Positions 44,337 to 54,977 are shown, numbered from the stretch's first letter. The stretch: 64,000 nucleotides of DNA from Gemmatimonadota bacterium (GCA_039588295.1 JBDHAB010000003.1:1-64000); one strand, 5' to 3'. The notes: generated by a model from the sequence alone, not told the origin. Made by a program: numbers and translations.

Positions 44337-45620
44337 CTACTTCAGCGTCGCCTCGGTCTCCATCCGCTCGCCCTCGCGGAGGAAGATGATGGTGACGGTC
44401 TCGCCCCGCTTGTAGGTCGTCAGGGCTTCCTGGAGGCCATTGAGGTCTTTCACCTGAACCTCACCGATTTGCACGATGATGTCGCTCGCCCTGAGGCCAG
44501 CCTCCTCCGCTGCCGTGCCAGGACGCACTGCCTGGAGCCGCAGCCCGCCCGGTGACCCCATCATGTCCGGCACGGTTCCGAGAGACGCACGACGTCCGCG
44601 ACTGGGCGGCTTGGGAACGCTCGCGTAGGTCAGTCGCGCCTCACCCTTGGCGAGCTCCCATGCTATGTCCACCGCGAACTCGGTAACGCGCACGATACCA
44701 GCGGCGTTGATCTTCTCCCAATCATCGCCCGGATTGTGATAGTCCGGATGGACGTTGGTGTAGAAGTGCATGACGGGCATGCCTTGCCCGTAGAACACAT
44801 AGTGGTCACTGCTGCCCCAGGGGTCCTCCTGCTTGCCGATCTCGAATCCGTAATCCTCGTTCACGCGGTCGAGTAGCTCAGGAATCTGCGGTGCAGAACC
44901 GGTACCGCCGATCACGAGGCTGTCCCCGCGCAGTCGACCCACCATGTCGAAGTTGAGCATGACAGCGGCGGAGTCATGGGGCAGCACCGGGTTGGCCGCA
45001 TAGTATTGCGAGCCGATTGTGCCCAACTCTTCGGCAGTGAACGCGAGGAAGACAAAAGTCCGTTGACTCGGTGCCTCGCGATTGGCCAGCAGCTGCGCTG
45101 CGAGGAGCAATGCCGAGGTACCGGAGGCGTTGTCATCGGCCCCGTTGTGCACCTTGTCTTCAGGCATTGAGTCGGTAGAGAATCCTGCGTACGGGCCGAT
45201 TCCCATGCCCAGATGGTCGTAGTGAGCGCCCAGCACCACGACCTGGCCCGCGAGCTTCCCGTGGCCCGGGAGAATGCCGATGACATTCCTGATGCTTGCT
45301 TCACCGAGGCCGCCGTGTGCCAGCGCTGGCGCGGTGGGATCGAGCTGCCATTGTTGGAAGTATCCGTCCGTGCCGGCGGGCTGAAGCCCGATCTCCTCGA
45401 ACCGTTTGGCAAGGTATGCGGCCGCCTCCTCGAGGCCTTCGGTGCCGACGCCGCGACCGTCACGCGCATCGTCGGCGAGGAAACGGAGATCACTCAACAC
45501 CTGGGCGACGGTCTCTTCGGAGGCGGTCGCGGTGGCCTGCCCTGGCAGCCGTTCGGCCGTTACGAGGAATACTGCCAGCGCAAGTGCCCCCGCACGTTTG
45601 ATCAGTTGGTCTCGCGTCAT
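44337..45620 (-). CDS. Exported M28 peptidase with C-terminal PDZ
   Basis: GAHYDHLG, NGADDNASG, AEELG, NFDMVGRL, SSDH, DYH; PDZ tail. Confidence 0.92.
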   Translation of the reverse strand: MTRDQLIKRAGALALAVFLVTAERLPGQATATASEETVAQVLSDLRFLADDARDGRGVGTEGLEEAAAYLAKRFEEIGLQPAGTDGYFQQWQLDPTAPALAHGGLGEASIRNVIGILPGHGKLAGQVVVLGAHYDHLGMGIGPYAGFSTDSMPEDKVHNGADDNASGTSALLLAAQLLANREAPSQRTFVFLAFTAEELGTIGSQYYAANPVLPHDSAAVMLNFDMVGRLRGDSLVIGGTGSAPQIPELLDRVNEDYGFEIGKQEDPWGSSDHYVFYGQGMPVMHFYTNVHPDYHNPGDDWEKINAAGIVRVTEFAVDIAWELAKGEARLTYASVPKPPSRGRRASLGTVPDMMGSPGGLRLQAVRPGTAAEEAGLRASDIIVQIGEVQVKDLNGLQEALTTYKRGETVTIIFLREGERMETEATLK

Positions 45621-45764
45621 GACTACGTCTTTGGTTTGAATGGGTTGCCGTTGGATTCCGACCGCCAAGCCCGTCGTCCCCGCCTGCCCCGACCCTGCCC
45701 CGCCGGCGACCGTTCGATCTATCTTTGTGCGACCCCAAAAGGTAATAGGAAGGTCCACTGTACC

Positions 45765-46349
45765 ATGAACCGGCTGCCCACTCGTCTGCTTGCCCTCATC
45801 CCGCTCGCGGTGGGCATCAACCTGGCAATGGGAAAGTTCGCCGTCGCCGTCTCGCTCCCGCTGTTCCTGGATACCATCGGAACGGTGTTGGTGGCGGCGC
45901 TCGTGGGCCCCGTTGCGGCCGTGATCACCGGACTGGTTTCCCAGACGGCGTTCACCGTCATCGACGGTCGGCTCATGTGGATGGCCTTCCTGCCCGTCCA
46001 GCTTGGCGTAGCGCTCTACGCGGGTTGGATGGCCCGGCTTGGTATGTTCGCGTCCGTCGGGCGAGCCGCGGCGAGCGGGCTCGGGCTCGGCCTGCTTGCA
46101 GCGACGCTCTCCTGGCCGATCGCCTTGCTGCTGTTCGGTGGAGTGACCGCCGGGGGCGTGACCATCGTGACCACGCTGCTCACGGTGGTTGGCGTTCCAC
46201 TGAAGTGGGCCGTCTATGGCGCGAGCCTCAGCAACGATCTGCTGGATAAGTGTGTCACGTTCCTGCTGGTGCACGTGATTCTCATGTCCCTGCCCAAGCG
46301 CATGGCGGCGCGGTTTCCCGCGGCTGACCGCGCCCGAGGTCGGGTATGA
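45765..46349 (+). CDS. ECF transporter S component (substrate unknown)
   Basis: LIPLAVGIN..LPLFLDTIGT..GP pattern, about 6 TMs, LDK; precedes T and A genes. Confidence 0.85.
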   Translation: MNRLPTRLLALIPLAVGINLAMGKFAVAVSLPLFLDTIGTVLVAALVGPVAAVITGLVSQTAFTVIDGRLMWMAFLPVQLGVALYAGWMARLGMFASVGRAAASGLGLGLLAATLSWPIALLLFGGVTAGGVTIVTTLLTVVGVPLKWAVYGASLSNDLLDKCVTFLLVHVILMSLPKRMAARFPAADRARGRV

Positions 46350-47059
46350 TTGTCGTCGGGTACCGGCCGGGGGTCAGCCTGCTGCATCGCGCGCACCCGT
46401 TCACCAACCTCACGCTCGCGGGGACGGTGGTCGTGCTTGCCTTCGCGTTGCCGGTACCGATCGGTCCGTTGGTGCTGACGGGGGTCCTGGTGGCGTTCGC
46501 GCTCGTCGCCGGGCTGCCCCGTGTCCTGGCAACGGCGCTCGCATTTGCGGCGCCGTTCTGGCTGTTTCTCACGCTGATTCACGTGGTATTCGGTGATAGC
46601 CCCATGCGCGCGCTGACGGTCGGCGGACAGATCACGGCCATCCTGATCGCCTTCCTCCTCGCGCTCACGGCGGTTCACCCGGCACGTCTGGTTGACGCGC
46701 TCTTGGATCGTGGGGTGCCGTTCGCGTTCGCGTATCTGCTGGCCGCAACGCTCCAATCGGTTCCGAGGCTGCAGGAGCGAGCCGGTGCGATCCTCGATGC
46801 GCAACGATGCCGAGGACTCAACGTGACGGGTTCGCTGTGGCGGCGCGCGCGCGCGGTGGTCCCGCTCGCTGTACCTCTGGTGCTGGGGGCGCTCGCCGAA
46901 GTAGACGAGCGCACCGTGGCACTCGAAGCGCGGGGGGCGGCATCGGCGGCCCGACGCACGGCACTGGATCCACCACCCGACACCGCCGTGCAGCGCACGC
47001 TTCGGTGGGGGTTCCTCGCTGCGGCGATTGCGGTGGTTGTCGCTCGGATCGTCCAATGA
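46346..47059 (+). CDS. ecfT: ECF transporter T component
   Basis: SLLHRAHP, AQRCRG and ALEARG coupling motifs. Confidence 0.9.
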   Translation: MIVVGYRPGVSLLHRAHPFTNLTLAGTVVVLAFALPVPIGPLVLTGVLVAFALVAGLPRVLATALAFAAPFWLFLTLIHVVFGDSPMRALTVGGQITAILIAFLLALTAVHPARLVDALLDRGVPFAFAYLLAATLQSVPRLQERAGAILDAQRCRGLNVTGSLWRRARAVVPLAVPLVLGALAEVDERTVALEARGAASAARRTALDPPPDTAVQRTLRWGFLAAAIAVVVARIVQ

Positions 47060-47874
47060 GCGTCGAGTTCTCGTCTCTCACCTTCCGATACCCGGGCGCC
47101 GACGGTGATGCGCTCCGGAACGTCAGCACGGCGTTCGAGCCCGGCCAGGTGACGCTGGTGACGGGCGCGCTTGGATCGGGTTGCAGCACGTTACTCCTGG
47201 CCGCCGCCGGCCTCGTTCCGCATGTCACGGGTGGGAAATGCACCGGGACGATCACGACGTTGCGACACGATCCGGCTTCGCCGGAAGGACGCAGAGTGTT
47301 GGCGGGTCGGGTCGGCACACTGCTCCCCACGCCGTGGACACAGTTGTCCGGAATGTCCTACACCGTCGGTGAGGAGGTAGCGTTCGGCCCGGCGAACCTC
47401 GGTTGGAGCCGCGACCGGATTGCGCATGCCGTCAGCTCGGCACTCGATCTGGTGGGAGCGGCGACGCTGATCGCGCGGGATCCTCGGACGTTGTCGGGGG
47501 GTGAGCTGCAACGGGTGATGCTGGCGGCGATCGTCGCCATGGATCCGGAGGTCTACCTGCTCGACGAGCCGACGCTCGAGCTCGACCCGGTGGGTGCGCG
47601 GACCGTCTACCGTCTGCTTCCCGAGATTGCGCGCGAGAAGACGGTAGTCCTCGCATCGACGGACGTCGACCGCGCCGTGGACGTCGTGGGCCGCGTGGTA
47701 GTGCTCGATCGTGGGCAGGTCGTGGCGGACGGCTCACCCGACGCCGTGCTCGGGATCCCGGGCGCGGTTGCAAGCGGGCGCAGCACCACCGTAGCGGAGC
47801 TTGCCCGAACTGCCGGCCTCAAACCGCCGTACCCCTTGTCGGTGCCGGCGGCGGTGGAACGGCTGGCATCATGA
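47056..47874 (+). CDS. ecfA: ECF ATPase A (degenerate Walker A)
   Basis: GALGSGCST, EEVAFGPANLG, LSGGE, LLDEP. Confidence 0.85.
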   Translation: MSVEFSSLTFRYPGADGDALRNVSTAFEPGQVTLVTGALGSGCSTLLLAAAGLVPHVTGGKCTGTITTLRHDPASPEGRRVLAGRVGTLLPTPWTQLSGMSYTVGEEVAFGPANLGWSRDRIAHAVSSALDLVGAATLIARDPRTLSGGELQRVMLAAIVAMDPEVYLLDEPTLELDPVGARTVYRLLPEIAREKTVVLASTDVDRAVDVVGRVVVLDRGQVVADGSPDAVLGIPGAVASGRSTTVAELARTAGLKPPYPLSVPAAVERLAS

Positions 47875-48680
47875 CTGCGCTGCGATTCGAAGACGTGTGG
47901 TTCGGATATGGGGACACGCCAGTGCTTCACGGTGTCTCCCTGTCTCTCGAGGAGGGGGAGACGGTCGCGCTACTGGGTCGAAACGGCGCGGGGAAGACGA
48001 CGCTCACCAAGTTGATCGTTGCGCTGCTCCGTCCGGAGCGCGGCACCGTCTGGGTCGGTGAGCGCACGACGCAGGGGCGATCGCCGGAGCAGGTGGCGCG
48101 CCGCGTCGCCTACGTCTTCCAACATCCGGATCAGCAGCTCTTTGCGCGCACCGTTCACGCGGAAGTCGCGTTTGGTCCGCGGCAGCAGGGTCTCGATGCA
48201 GCCGCGGCGGAACTCGTGGTGCGGGAGGCGCTCCGCCGGGTCGGGCTGGACGCAATGCGCGAAGAGCATCCGTATGACCTGCCCGCCGCCCAGCGCAAGC
48301 TCGTGACGCTCGGTGCCGCCATTGCGCAGCGACCGCGGGTGTTGGTGCTCGATGAACCGACCCAAGGACTGGATCGGGCGGGGGCACGACGCGTCATGGA
48401 TGTCGTTCGGCGAATGTCGGAGGATGGAGTCACGGTGCTGGCGGTTACCCACGATCTCGCCTTCGTGGCCGAATCCCTCGATCGTGCCGTGGTCCTGGCC
48501 GATGGACGGATCGTGTTCGACGGAACGGCCGCGGAGCTCGTCCGCAGCGAGCCCCGCGCCATGGAGCTTGGCCTGGAGGTCCCGCCGGCAGCGCGACTGG
48601 CGCAAGCGCTCAAGCTCCCGCAGGCGCCCGTGCGGGTACGGGACGTTGCCGCAGCCCTCACGGCACGCGGACGCGACTGA
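47871..48680 (+). CDS. ecfA: ECF ATPase A'
   Basis: GRNGAGKTT, FQHPDQQLF, LVLDEPT, VTHD; signature degenerate (LPAAQ). Confidence 0.9.
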   Translation: MTALRFEDVWFGYGDTPVLHGVSLSLEEGETVALLGRNGAGKTTLTKLIVALLRPERGTVWVGERTTQGRSPEQVARRVAYVFQHPDQQLFARTVHAEVAFGPRQQGLDAAAAELVVREALRRVGLDAMREEHPYDLPAAQRKLVTLGAAIAQRPRVLVLDEPTQGLDRAGARRVMDVVRRMSEDGVTVLAVTHDLAFVAESLDRAVVLADGRIVFDGTAAELVRSEPRAMELGLEVPPAARLAQALKLPQAPVRVRDVAAALTARGRD

Positions 48681-48763
48681 CGGGACCAGGCCCGCCGTGC
48701 CGGGGCGGCGTTTCGGCATCTGCGTTGCCGGCGCGTTTTCTGCATCGTATCTTGGCAATCCCC

Positions 48764-50311
48764 ATGCAAGATGAAGCACGCCTCGCCATTCTGATGGGTC
48801 GGGTCATCGGCCTGCTGCGATCCTCTTCGGAGGGGATGGAGGATCACAAGGCCGCGCTCCAAGCGGTCTCCGAGTTGACGGCTCGGGGAAGCATGACCGT
48901 GCGTGTCGAGGGGGGCGAGCTTTCGGTGGAGGGCGTGCCGATTCCCTCGGACACACCGTTTGCAGGGGAGCTGGCTCGGCAACTCGCGGCTCATGACATC
49001 GCGGCGCTCGCCATCTCCCACGGTACGCTTGCCGTCGACATGCTGCAGGTGTTGCGTGAGATCGCGCTCGACCCGAGCAACTACCCGGTCGGCTCCGACG
49101 CCGAGCAGCGCATTCGTGAGGCAGGAATCGCCAGCGTCTTCCTCATCACGGCTCAGGCCGACAAGGCGACGAAGGAGCGCGCCGACCGGCGGATCAGCGA
49201 CGCCGTCCGACGCTCGCGCACGATGTCGGCCGAGGACGCTCGTCGGCCCCCCGACATGACCGTCGTGCCATCGGTCGATGGCGCAGCGTACGATGAGATG
49301 GTACGGCACATTCGGGCATCGGCGTCGACCACGTTGGCTGGCTCGGTGGGGAAGCTCCGCAAGGAGGATCCGGGGCCTTCGCTCATGATGCGGCTCGAGG
49401 CGGTGCAGCACGCCATCGCCAACGCTATGCGAGAAGACAATGTCCCGCAGGGGCTGGAGGCGATTCTCGTGCTCATCAAGGAGGAGGAGGAGGCCGAGCA
49501 CGACGAATCGCGGCGTGCGTTTGCCATTACGCTTCGACGGGTACTGACGCGCGACACGCTGCGGCGATTGGCACCGTTTCTCGTGGACGAGATCTACACC
49601 GAGGACGTTGACAAGATCATGCGCCGCGCCGGCACGGAGGGCACACGCATCCTGCTCGAGATGCTGGTTGCGGCACCGACGTTTGCCGAGCGGAAGGCCT
49701 ACCTGACGGCGCTCCGAGGCATCGAGGAAGGCACGGACGTCATTGCCAGCATGCTGAACCACTCCGAGTGGTTTGTCGTGCGCAATGCCGCCGATTTGGT
49801 CGGTGAGCTCGGCATTCTGGATGCCATCCCTGCGCTCGGCAGAGCGACTGAGCATGACGATCCGCGGGTCCGGGGCTCGGTCGCACTCGCACTCGGGAAA
49901 CTCGGAACACCGGAGGCGGGCCGATACCTGCGGACCGCGTTGCGTGATAATGACCGAGACGTGCGGCTTGCCGCCGCCCGCGCGATCGAGGGGCGTGGCC
50001 TGAGCGGTCTCGCCATGGTATTGCTCAACGCCACGGACGGGGAAGAGGACCCTGAGATCCTCGGCGAGGATCTCAGGGCTCTGGGACGCATTGGAACCCC
50101 CGATGCGGTCCGCGCGCTCGTCGAGATCGCACAGCCAGGCAAAGGAATGCTCGGTCGGAAGTCGACGGACCGCCGCCGGGCCGCGACGGAGGGGCTCGGG
50201 CTTGCCGGAGGGGACACCGCCCGCGAGGCACTCGAGCAGCTCGCGCAGGACCGTGACCGGGAGGTTCGGGAGGCGGCTCGGCAGGGCCTCCGGTCCCGAC
50301 CGCTACCCTAG
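48764..50311 (+). CDS. HEAT-repeat protein
   Basis: WFVVRNAA, DPRVRGSVALALG, DRDVRLAAA, DREVREAA repeats. Confidence 0.85.
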   Translation: MQDEARLAILMGRVIGLLRSSSEGMEDHKAALQAVSELTARGSMTVRVEGGELSVEGVPIPSDTPFAGELARQLAAHDIAALAISHGTLAVDMLQVLREIALDPSNYPVGSDAEQRIREAGIASVFLITAQADKATKERADRRISDAVRRSRTMSAEDARRPPDMTVVPSVDGAAYDEMVRHIRASASTTLAGSVGKLRKEDPGPSLMMRLEAVQHAIANAMREDNVPQGLEAILVLIKEEEEAEHDESRRAFAITLRRVLTRDTLRRLAPFLVDEIYTEDVDKIMRRAGTEGTRILLEMLVAAPTFAERKAYLTALRGIEEGTDVIASMLNHSEWFVVRNAADLVGELGILDAIPALGRATEHDDPRVRGSVALALGKLGTPEAGRYLRTALRDNDRDVRLAAARAIEGRGLSGLAMVLLNATDGEEDPEILGEDLRALGRIGTPDAVRALVEIAQPGKGMLGRKSTDRRRAATEGLGLAGGDTAREALEQLAQDRDREVREAARQGLRSRPLP

Positions 50312-50318
50312 ACGCTGC

Positions 50319-51386
50319 TCACCGCGGCGTGAAGTCTGTCCGCGCCGTGACACTCCGTGTGAATGCCGCCAACAACTTCGCCGTTCGCTCCAGATCGGCG
50401 GTCGCGACCATCTCGTTCGGGCTGTGCATGTAGCGGTTGGGCACCGAAATGAGGCCGGTCGGTATGCCCCGCTGCGCGGTGTAGATCACGTCCGCGTCGG
50501 TACCGGTGTCGCGGGGCGCCGCACTGATGGCGTACGGGATTCCCGCCCTCTCGGCTGTCTCGACGAGCATCTCAAACACCACTGGATTGACCGCCGACCC
50601 GCGTGAGAGCACGGGACCCCCATTCAGACGCACGTCGCCGTGCTCCTTCTTCTCGACATTCGGATGATCCGTAGCATGCGTGACGTCCACGACGAGTGCG
50701 ACGGCGGGGTCGAGGTCGGTCGCACTCGTTCGGGCACCGCCACCCAGCACCGCGATTTCCTCCTGCGTTGTCGCAACGGCAAATACCCCGGCTTTGGGTC
50801 GTCTCCGAGCCAGCAGGCGCAGTGCCTCGAGCACCACGAATGCGCCGATCCGATTGTCAATGCTGCGGGACACGATTCGCCCGTTCGGCAGCTCGATCGC
50901 CGAGGCTGCAAGGACAGCTGGGTCACCGACGCGGACACGCTTCAATGCGTCGGCTTTGGTCTTCGCACCGATGTCGATCCACAAGTCGCTCAACTTGCTG
51001 GCTCGGTCACGATCTTCGTTGCGAATCAGGTGGATCGCCTTCTTGCCAACCACGCCGTCGATCATGCGAGTGCGTGACAGAATCCGGACGCGCTGCCCCA
51101 CGAGCACTTGAGGGTCCCATCCGCCGATCGTGGAGAAATGGAGATATCCGTCGTCGTCGATATGGACGATCATCAACCCGATCTCATCGATGTGACCCGC
51201 GAACATGACGCGCGGCTCGGCGTCCGGATTGATGGAAGCGGTCGAGTTGCCGGAGATATCGGTCGTGACGTGGTCGGCGAATTCACCCGCTTCCGCGCGC
51301 CACACGCGTGCGGGACCCGTTTCGAAGCCGGAGGGTCCGGCAGCATCCAGGAGACGCTTCAAGAACTCGAGAGACCGCGCTCTCAT
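50319..51386 (-). CDS. M42 aminopeptidase
   Basis: GPSGFE, GHIDEIG, DNR, QEE, VDVT, GTD, RYMHSP. Confidence 0.93.
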   Translation of the reverse strand: MRARSLEFLKRLLDAAGPSGFETGPARVWRAEAGEFADHVTTDISGNSTASINPDAEPRVMFAGHIDEIGLMIVHIDDDGYLHFSTIGGWDPQVLVGQRVRILSRTRMIDGVVGKKAIHLIRNEDRDRASKLSDLWIDIGAKTKADALKRVRVGDPAVLAASAIELPNGRIVSRSIDNRIGAFVVLEALRLLARRRPKAGVFAVATTQEEIAVLGGGARTSATDLDPAVALVVDVTHATDHPNVEKKEHGDVRLNGGPVLSRGSAVNPVVFEMLVETAERAGIPYAISAAPRDTGTDADVIYTAQRGIPTGLISVPNRYMHSPNEMVATADLERTAKLLAAFTRSVTARTDFTPR

Positions 51387-52843
51387 CGCGCGACCGAGAG
51401 CGCGTCGAGGGCGGCCGTGAGGAGCTGATAGAACCGTCCCACTGACGCGACGTGCACGCGCTCGTCCGGCGAATGGGGAAACTCGATCTGCGGGCCGAAC
51501 GAGATCATGTCCATCCCCGGAACTTTTTCGCCAATGATGCCGCATTCGAGCCCGGCATGAATCGCGCGCACCTCGGGCTCCGATCCGAACGCCTGTTCGT
51601 GCACCTGCTTGAGAACGCGGAGCAGCGGGGATTCGAGGTTCGGCTTCCAGCCGGGATAGCGGTTTCCCTCCTCGACATCCGCACCCGCGAGCGTGGCCAG
51701 GGCTCGAATACTCCGGCGTAGTGCGGTGAGTGCCGAGTCGACCGACGACCGACTGCTCATCCCGATTACGAGCGAGCCGTCGTCGCGTGCCACCGTTGCG
51801 AGATTTGTGCTGGTCTCCACGAGTTCCGGGATGTCATAGCTCATGGCCAACACGCCATGCGGCAAGCTGGTGAGCAATCGGAGCACCCGTTCGGTGGTCG
51901 CTTCATCCCACGCGTCACCCTGTGTACCGGTCTCATCGATCTCGAGTGCCATGCCGGGGTCGGCGGGCCGGAATTCCTCGAGCACGTCAGCGAATTCCTG
52001 ACGCAGTGCGTTGATGGTGGCGTCCTTCTGCGTGGGTGACACGACGATCCGTGCAAGAGCCTCGCGGGGGATGGCATTGTGCTTGTTTCCACCCCCGATC
52101 TCCGCCAGGCGAAGGTCGGCGTTCAGCGACACCGCATATAACATCCGCGCGATGACCTTCACCGCGTTCGCTCGCTGGAGGTGAACATCCACGCCCGAGT
52201 GGCCGCCCTTGAGGCCGTGGATTCTGAGCCGAAGAGGCTGCCAGTCCGCAGAAACCGGGGCCGAACGGAGCTGAAGCGTCAGCGTGCTATCCGCTCCCCC
52301 GGCACACCCGACATACACCGAGCCTTCCTCCTCCGAATCGAGGTTCAGCAGGCGACGGCCCTCGAGCAGGCTGCCGTCCAGCTCGGAGGCTCCGGTGAGG
52401 CCGGTTTCCTCATCGATCGTGAACAGGAACTCGAGCGGGCCGTGTGAGAGATCGTCGGCTTCCATGACCGCGAGCATTGCCGCAACCCCGATGCCGTTGT
52501 CGGATCCCAGCGTCGTGCCGCTGGCTTTCAGATATTCGCCGTCACGTTGGGGCTTGATGGGGTCCGTTGCGAAGTCGTGCTCCACGTCCGAGTTCTTCTC
52601 GTTCACCATGTCCAGATGGCCCTGGAGCACCGTGGCCGGAGCGGCTCCTCTGCCCGCGGTCGCGGGTTTCTTGACGACGATGTTGCCGGCTGCATCGGTG
52701 CGGTAGTCCAGACCCAGCTGCTCCGCTATACCGATCACGTGTCGGCGAATCTGCTCCTCTTCCTTGGATCCGCGCGGGATCGCGAGAATCTGATCGAAAT
52801 GGTGCCACACGGCCTGTGCCTCCAACGTCTCGACGAACGTCAT
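51383..52843 (-). CDS. pepD: Aminoacyl-histidine dipeptidase
   Basis: QGHLDMV, GTTLGSDNGIG, DEETG, NLDSE, GGHSG, HAGLECG, HSPDE. Confidence 0.94.
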   Translation of the reverse strand: MTFVETLEAQAVWHHFDQILAIPRGSKEEEQIRRHVIGIAEQLGLDYRTDAAGNIVVKKPATAGRGAAPATVLQGHLDMVNEKNSDVEHDFATDPIKPQRDGEYLKASGTTLGSDNGIGVAAMLAVMEADDLSHGPLEFLFTIDEETGLTGASELDGSLLEGRRLLNLDSEEEGSVYVGCAGGADSTLTLQLRSAPVSADWQPLRLRIHGLKGGHSGVDVHLQRANAVKVIARMLYAVSLNADLRLAEIGGGNKHNAIPREALARIVVSPTQKDATINALRQEFADVLEEFRPADPGMALEIDETGTQGDAWDEATTERVLRLLTSLPHGVLAMSYDIPELVETSTNLATVARDDGSLVIGMSSRSSVDSALTALRRSIRALATLAGADVEEGNRYPGWKPNLESPLLRVLKQVHEQAFGSEPEVRAIHAGLECGIIGEKVPGMDMISFGPQIEFPHSPDERVHVASVGRFYQLLTAALDALSVAR

Positions 52844-52978
52844 GGCTCCTCCCGGTTACGCCAGACATTCTACACGCTAGGTCCTGTGAGCACGAGAGGT
52901 GACGCCTCCGGTTTGACGGCCTACGACATTGCCGCTAAACTCTGCCAATCCTGTTCCTGACCCCTCCGCGGAGACCCC

Positions 52979-54961
52979 ATGGACGAGAAGCCTTTCACTC
53001 CCTTCGTTCCCGCCTCGCAGGAACTGCCGGAATTCACGCTCCGCGCGCTGGTGCTGGGTGTCATCATGGCGGTGACGCTCGGAGCGGCGAATGCCTACGT
53101 GGGCATGCGCGCCGGTCTGACCGTCGCAGCGACGTTTCCGGCGGCAGTGGTGGCCATGGCGGTCCTGCGTGGGTTCCGTGGCTCGATCCTCGAGGAGAAC
53201 CTCGCACGAACGACGGCGTCCGTTGGAGAGGCGTTGGTCGCCGGGGCGATCTTCACGATTCCCGCGTTCGTGATCTCCGGGGCCTGGGATGAGCTCCAGT
53301 ATTTCCAGGCAACCGCGATCATGCTGATCGGTGGCACCTTGGGTGTGTTCTTTGTGATCGTGCTGCGCCGCACCCTGGTTGTGGAGGCCAATCTCCCATT
53401 CCCCGAGAGCGTTGCCGCTGCAGAGATCCACAAGGCCGGCCAAGGAGGGCAGACCGGCGCCGCCTATCTGTTCGGCGCGATGGGGTTGGCCGGGTTGTGG
53501 GAGCTTCTCAAGAACTCGAACGGTGTCCAGTTCGTTGTGGACAGCACGCAGGGATTCGTGTCGTTCGGGCGCTCGACTGTCGAGCTGTTTCAGGAGCGAC
53601 TCGAGTACGCAGGTGGATTGCTGCTGACGACTCCACACGCCTCGCCGATGCTGATGGGCGTGGGCTTCATCGTGGGAACGAGAATCTCGAGTGTGCTGTT
53701 CGCTGGTGCCGTGATGGGCTGGTTGCTTCTGGTACCGTTGGCACTGTTCCTGAACCCGTCGCTCATCGCGCTGGGAGAGGACCAGGGGATGGCCGCCCTC
53801 GCCAATCAGGTGTGGCTGCGCCAGATCCGCCCGCTAGCCGTGGGCACGATGATCGTGGCCGCGTTCTACACGCTGTACAACCTACGGTCCTCGCTCGTTG
53901 CCGGGATTACGAAGGCGCTCAAGCACGTGAGCCTCGCCGGTGGTGGCGGCAGTGATCGGACCGAAATCGATTTGGACCTCAAGAAGATCTTCGTCGCCAT
54001 CGGTGTGGGCGCCATCGCCACGTTCTTCCTGTATAACCACTTCGCGCAGTCGCTCAAGGGCGCGCTGGTGTTGACCGTGGTGATGGTCATCCTCGGGTTC
54101 CTGTTCGCCGCCGTTGCCGGATACCTCGTGGCGCTGATCGGCAGCTCCAACAACCCGATCTCGGGTCTCACGCTGAGCGCGTTGCTGATCGCCGCGATCC
54201 TGATGGTGTTCTTGGGAGTGACGGATGTTCGCGGTGTTGCAGGTGTACTCGGAGTCGCTGGGGTGGTCTGCTGCGCCGCCGGCGTTGCCGGCGACATGAT
54301 GCAGGACCTCAAGGTCGGGCACATCCTCGGCGGTACGCCGTGGCGTATGCAGATCGGCGAGATCATCGGCGTGATCTTTGCTGCATTTGTGTTGGCGCTC
54401 CCGCTGATGGCCCTCGACCGGGTGTATGAGATCGGATCGGCGGAGCTCCCGGCGCCGCAGGCCGGCCTGATGGCGCTCATGGCGAACGGGATCGTAGCCG
54501 GCGATATGGCGTGGCCGCTGGTCATCGTCGGCATGTTCTTGGCAATCGGTCTGATTCTGATCCGGTCGCCCGCGCCGATGCTCATCGCCGTCGGTATGTA
54601 CCTCCCGTTCCAGTCCACCGCTGCGATCTTCGTAGGCGGTCTCGTCAAGTGGGTGTTCGATGCGCGGCTCAAGGCGAAGGGTGCCTCGGAGGACGAACAA
54701 CGACGGGCGCAGAACCTCGGGGTCCTCCTTTCCTCAGGCTTCATCGCGGGAGAGTCACTCATGGCTGTCGTGCTCGCCCTGCTGGTTATCGGTGGCGACT
54801 TTGCGCCATGGCTACTCGGCTTCCAGGGCCTGACGTTCGGCGCGACCGCCAGCTTCTGGCCGAGTCTCATCGCGTATCCGGTAGTGCTGTATTTGCTGGC
54901 GTGGTTCACGATCAGCAAGATGCGGGAAGGGGGCCTGCCGGCCAGCAAGGTCGACGCGTAG
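52979..54961 (+). CDS. OPT-family oligopeptide transporter
   Basis: EFTLRA, NAYVG, FPES, SSNNPISG, MQDLKVG, APQA, GFIAGES. Confidence 0.95.
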   Translation: MDEKPFTPFVPASQELPEFTLRALVLGVIMAVTLGAANAYVGMRAGLTVAATFPAAVVAMAVLRGFRGSILEENLARTTASVGEALVAGAIFTIPAFVISGAWDELQYFQATAIMLIGGTLGVFFVIVLRRTLVVEANLPFPESVAAAEIHKAGQGGQTGAAYLFGAMGLAGLWELLKNSNGVQFVVDSTQGFVSFGRSTVELFQERLEYAGGLLLTTPHASPMLMGVGFIVGTRISSVLFAGAVMGWLLLVPLALFLNPSLIALGEDQGMAALANQVWLRQIRPLAVGTMIVAAFYTLYNLRSSLVAGITKALKHVSLAGGGGSDRTEIDLDLKKIFVAIGVGAIATFFLYNHFAQSLKGALVLTVVMVILGFLFAAVAGYLVALIGSSNNPISGLTLSALLIAAILMVFLGVTDVRGVAGVLGVAGVVCCAAGVAGDMMQDLKVGHILGGTPWRMQIGEIIGVIFAAFVLALPLMALDRVYEIGSAELPAPQAGLMALMANGIVAGDMAWPLVIVGMFLAIGLILIRSPAPMLIAVGMYLPFQSTAAIFVGGLVKWVFDARLKAKGASEDEQRRAQNLGVLLSSGFIAGESLMAVVLALLVIGGDFAPWLLGFQGLTFGATASFWPSLIAYPVVLYLLAWFTISKMREGGLPASKVDA

Positions 54962-54977
54962 TGGATCGACAACCGTC

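Noticed and set aside
45621..45764. Vitamin riboswitch ahead of the ECF operon
   Set aside because: Short divergent promoter region with no recognisable aptamer motifs.
44337..46274. 645-aa version of the M28 peptidase
   Set aside because: The extension overlaps the ECF S gene on the opposite strand; the signal peptide begins at ATG 45620.
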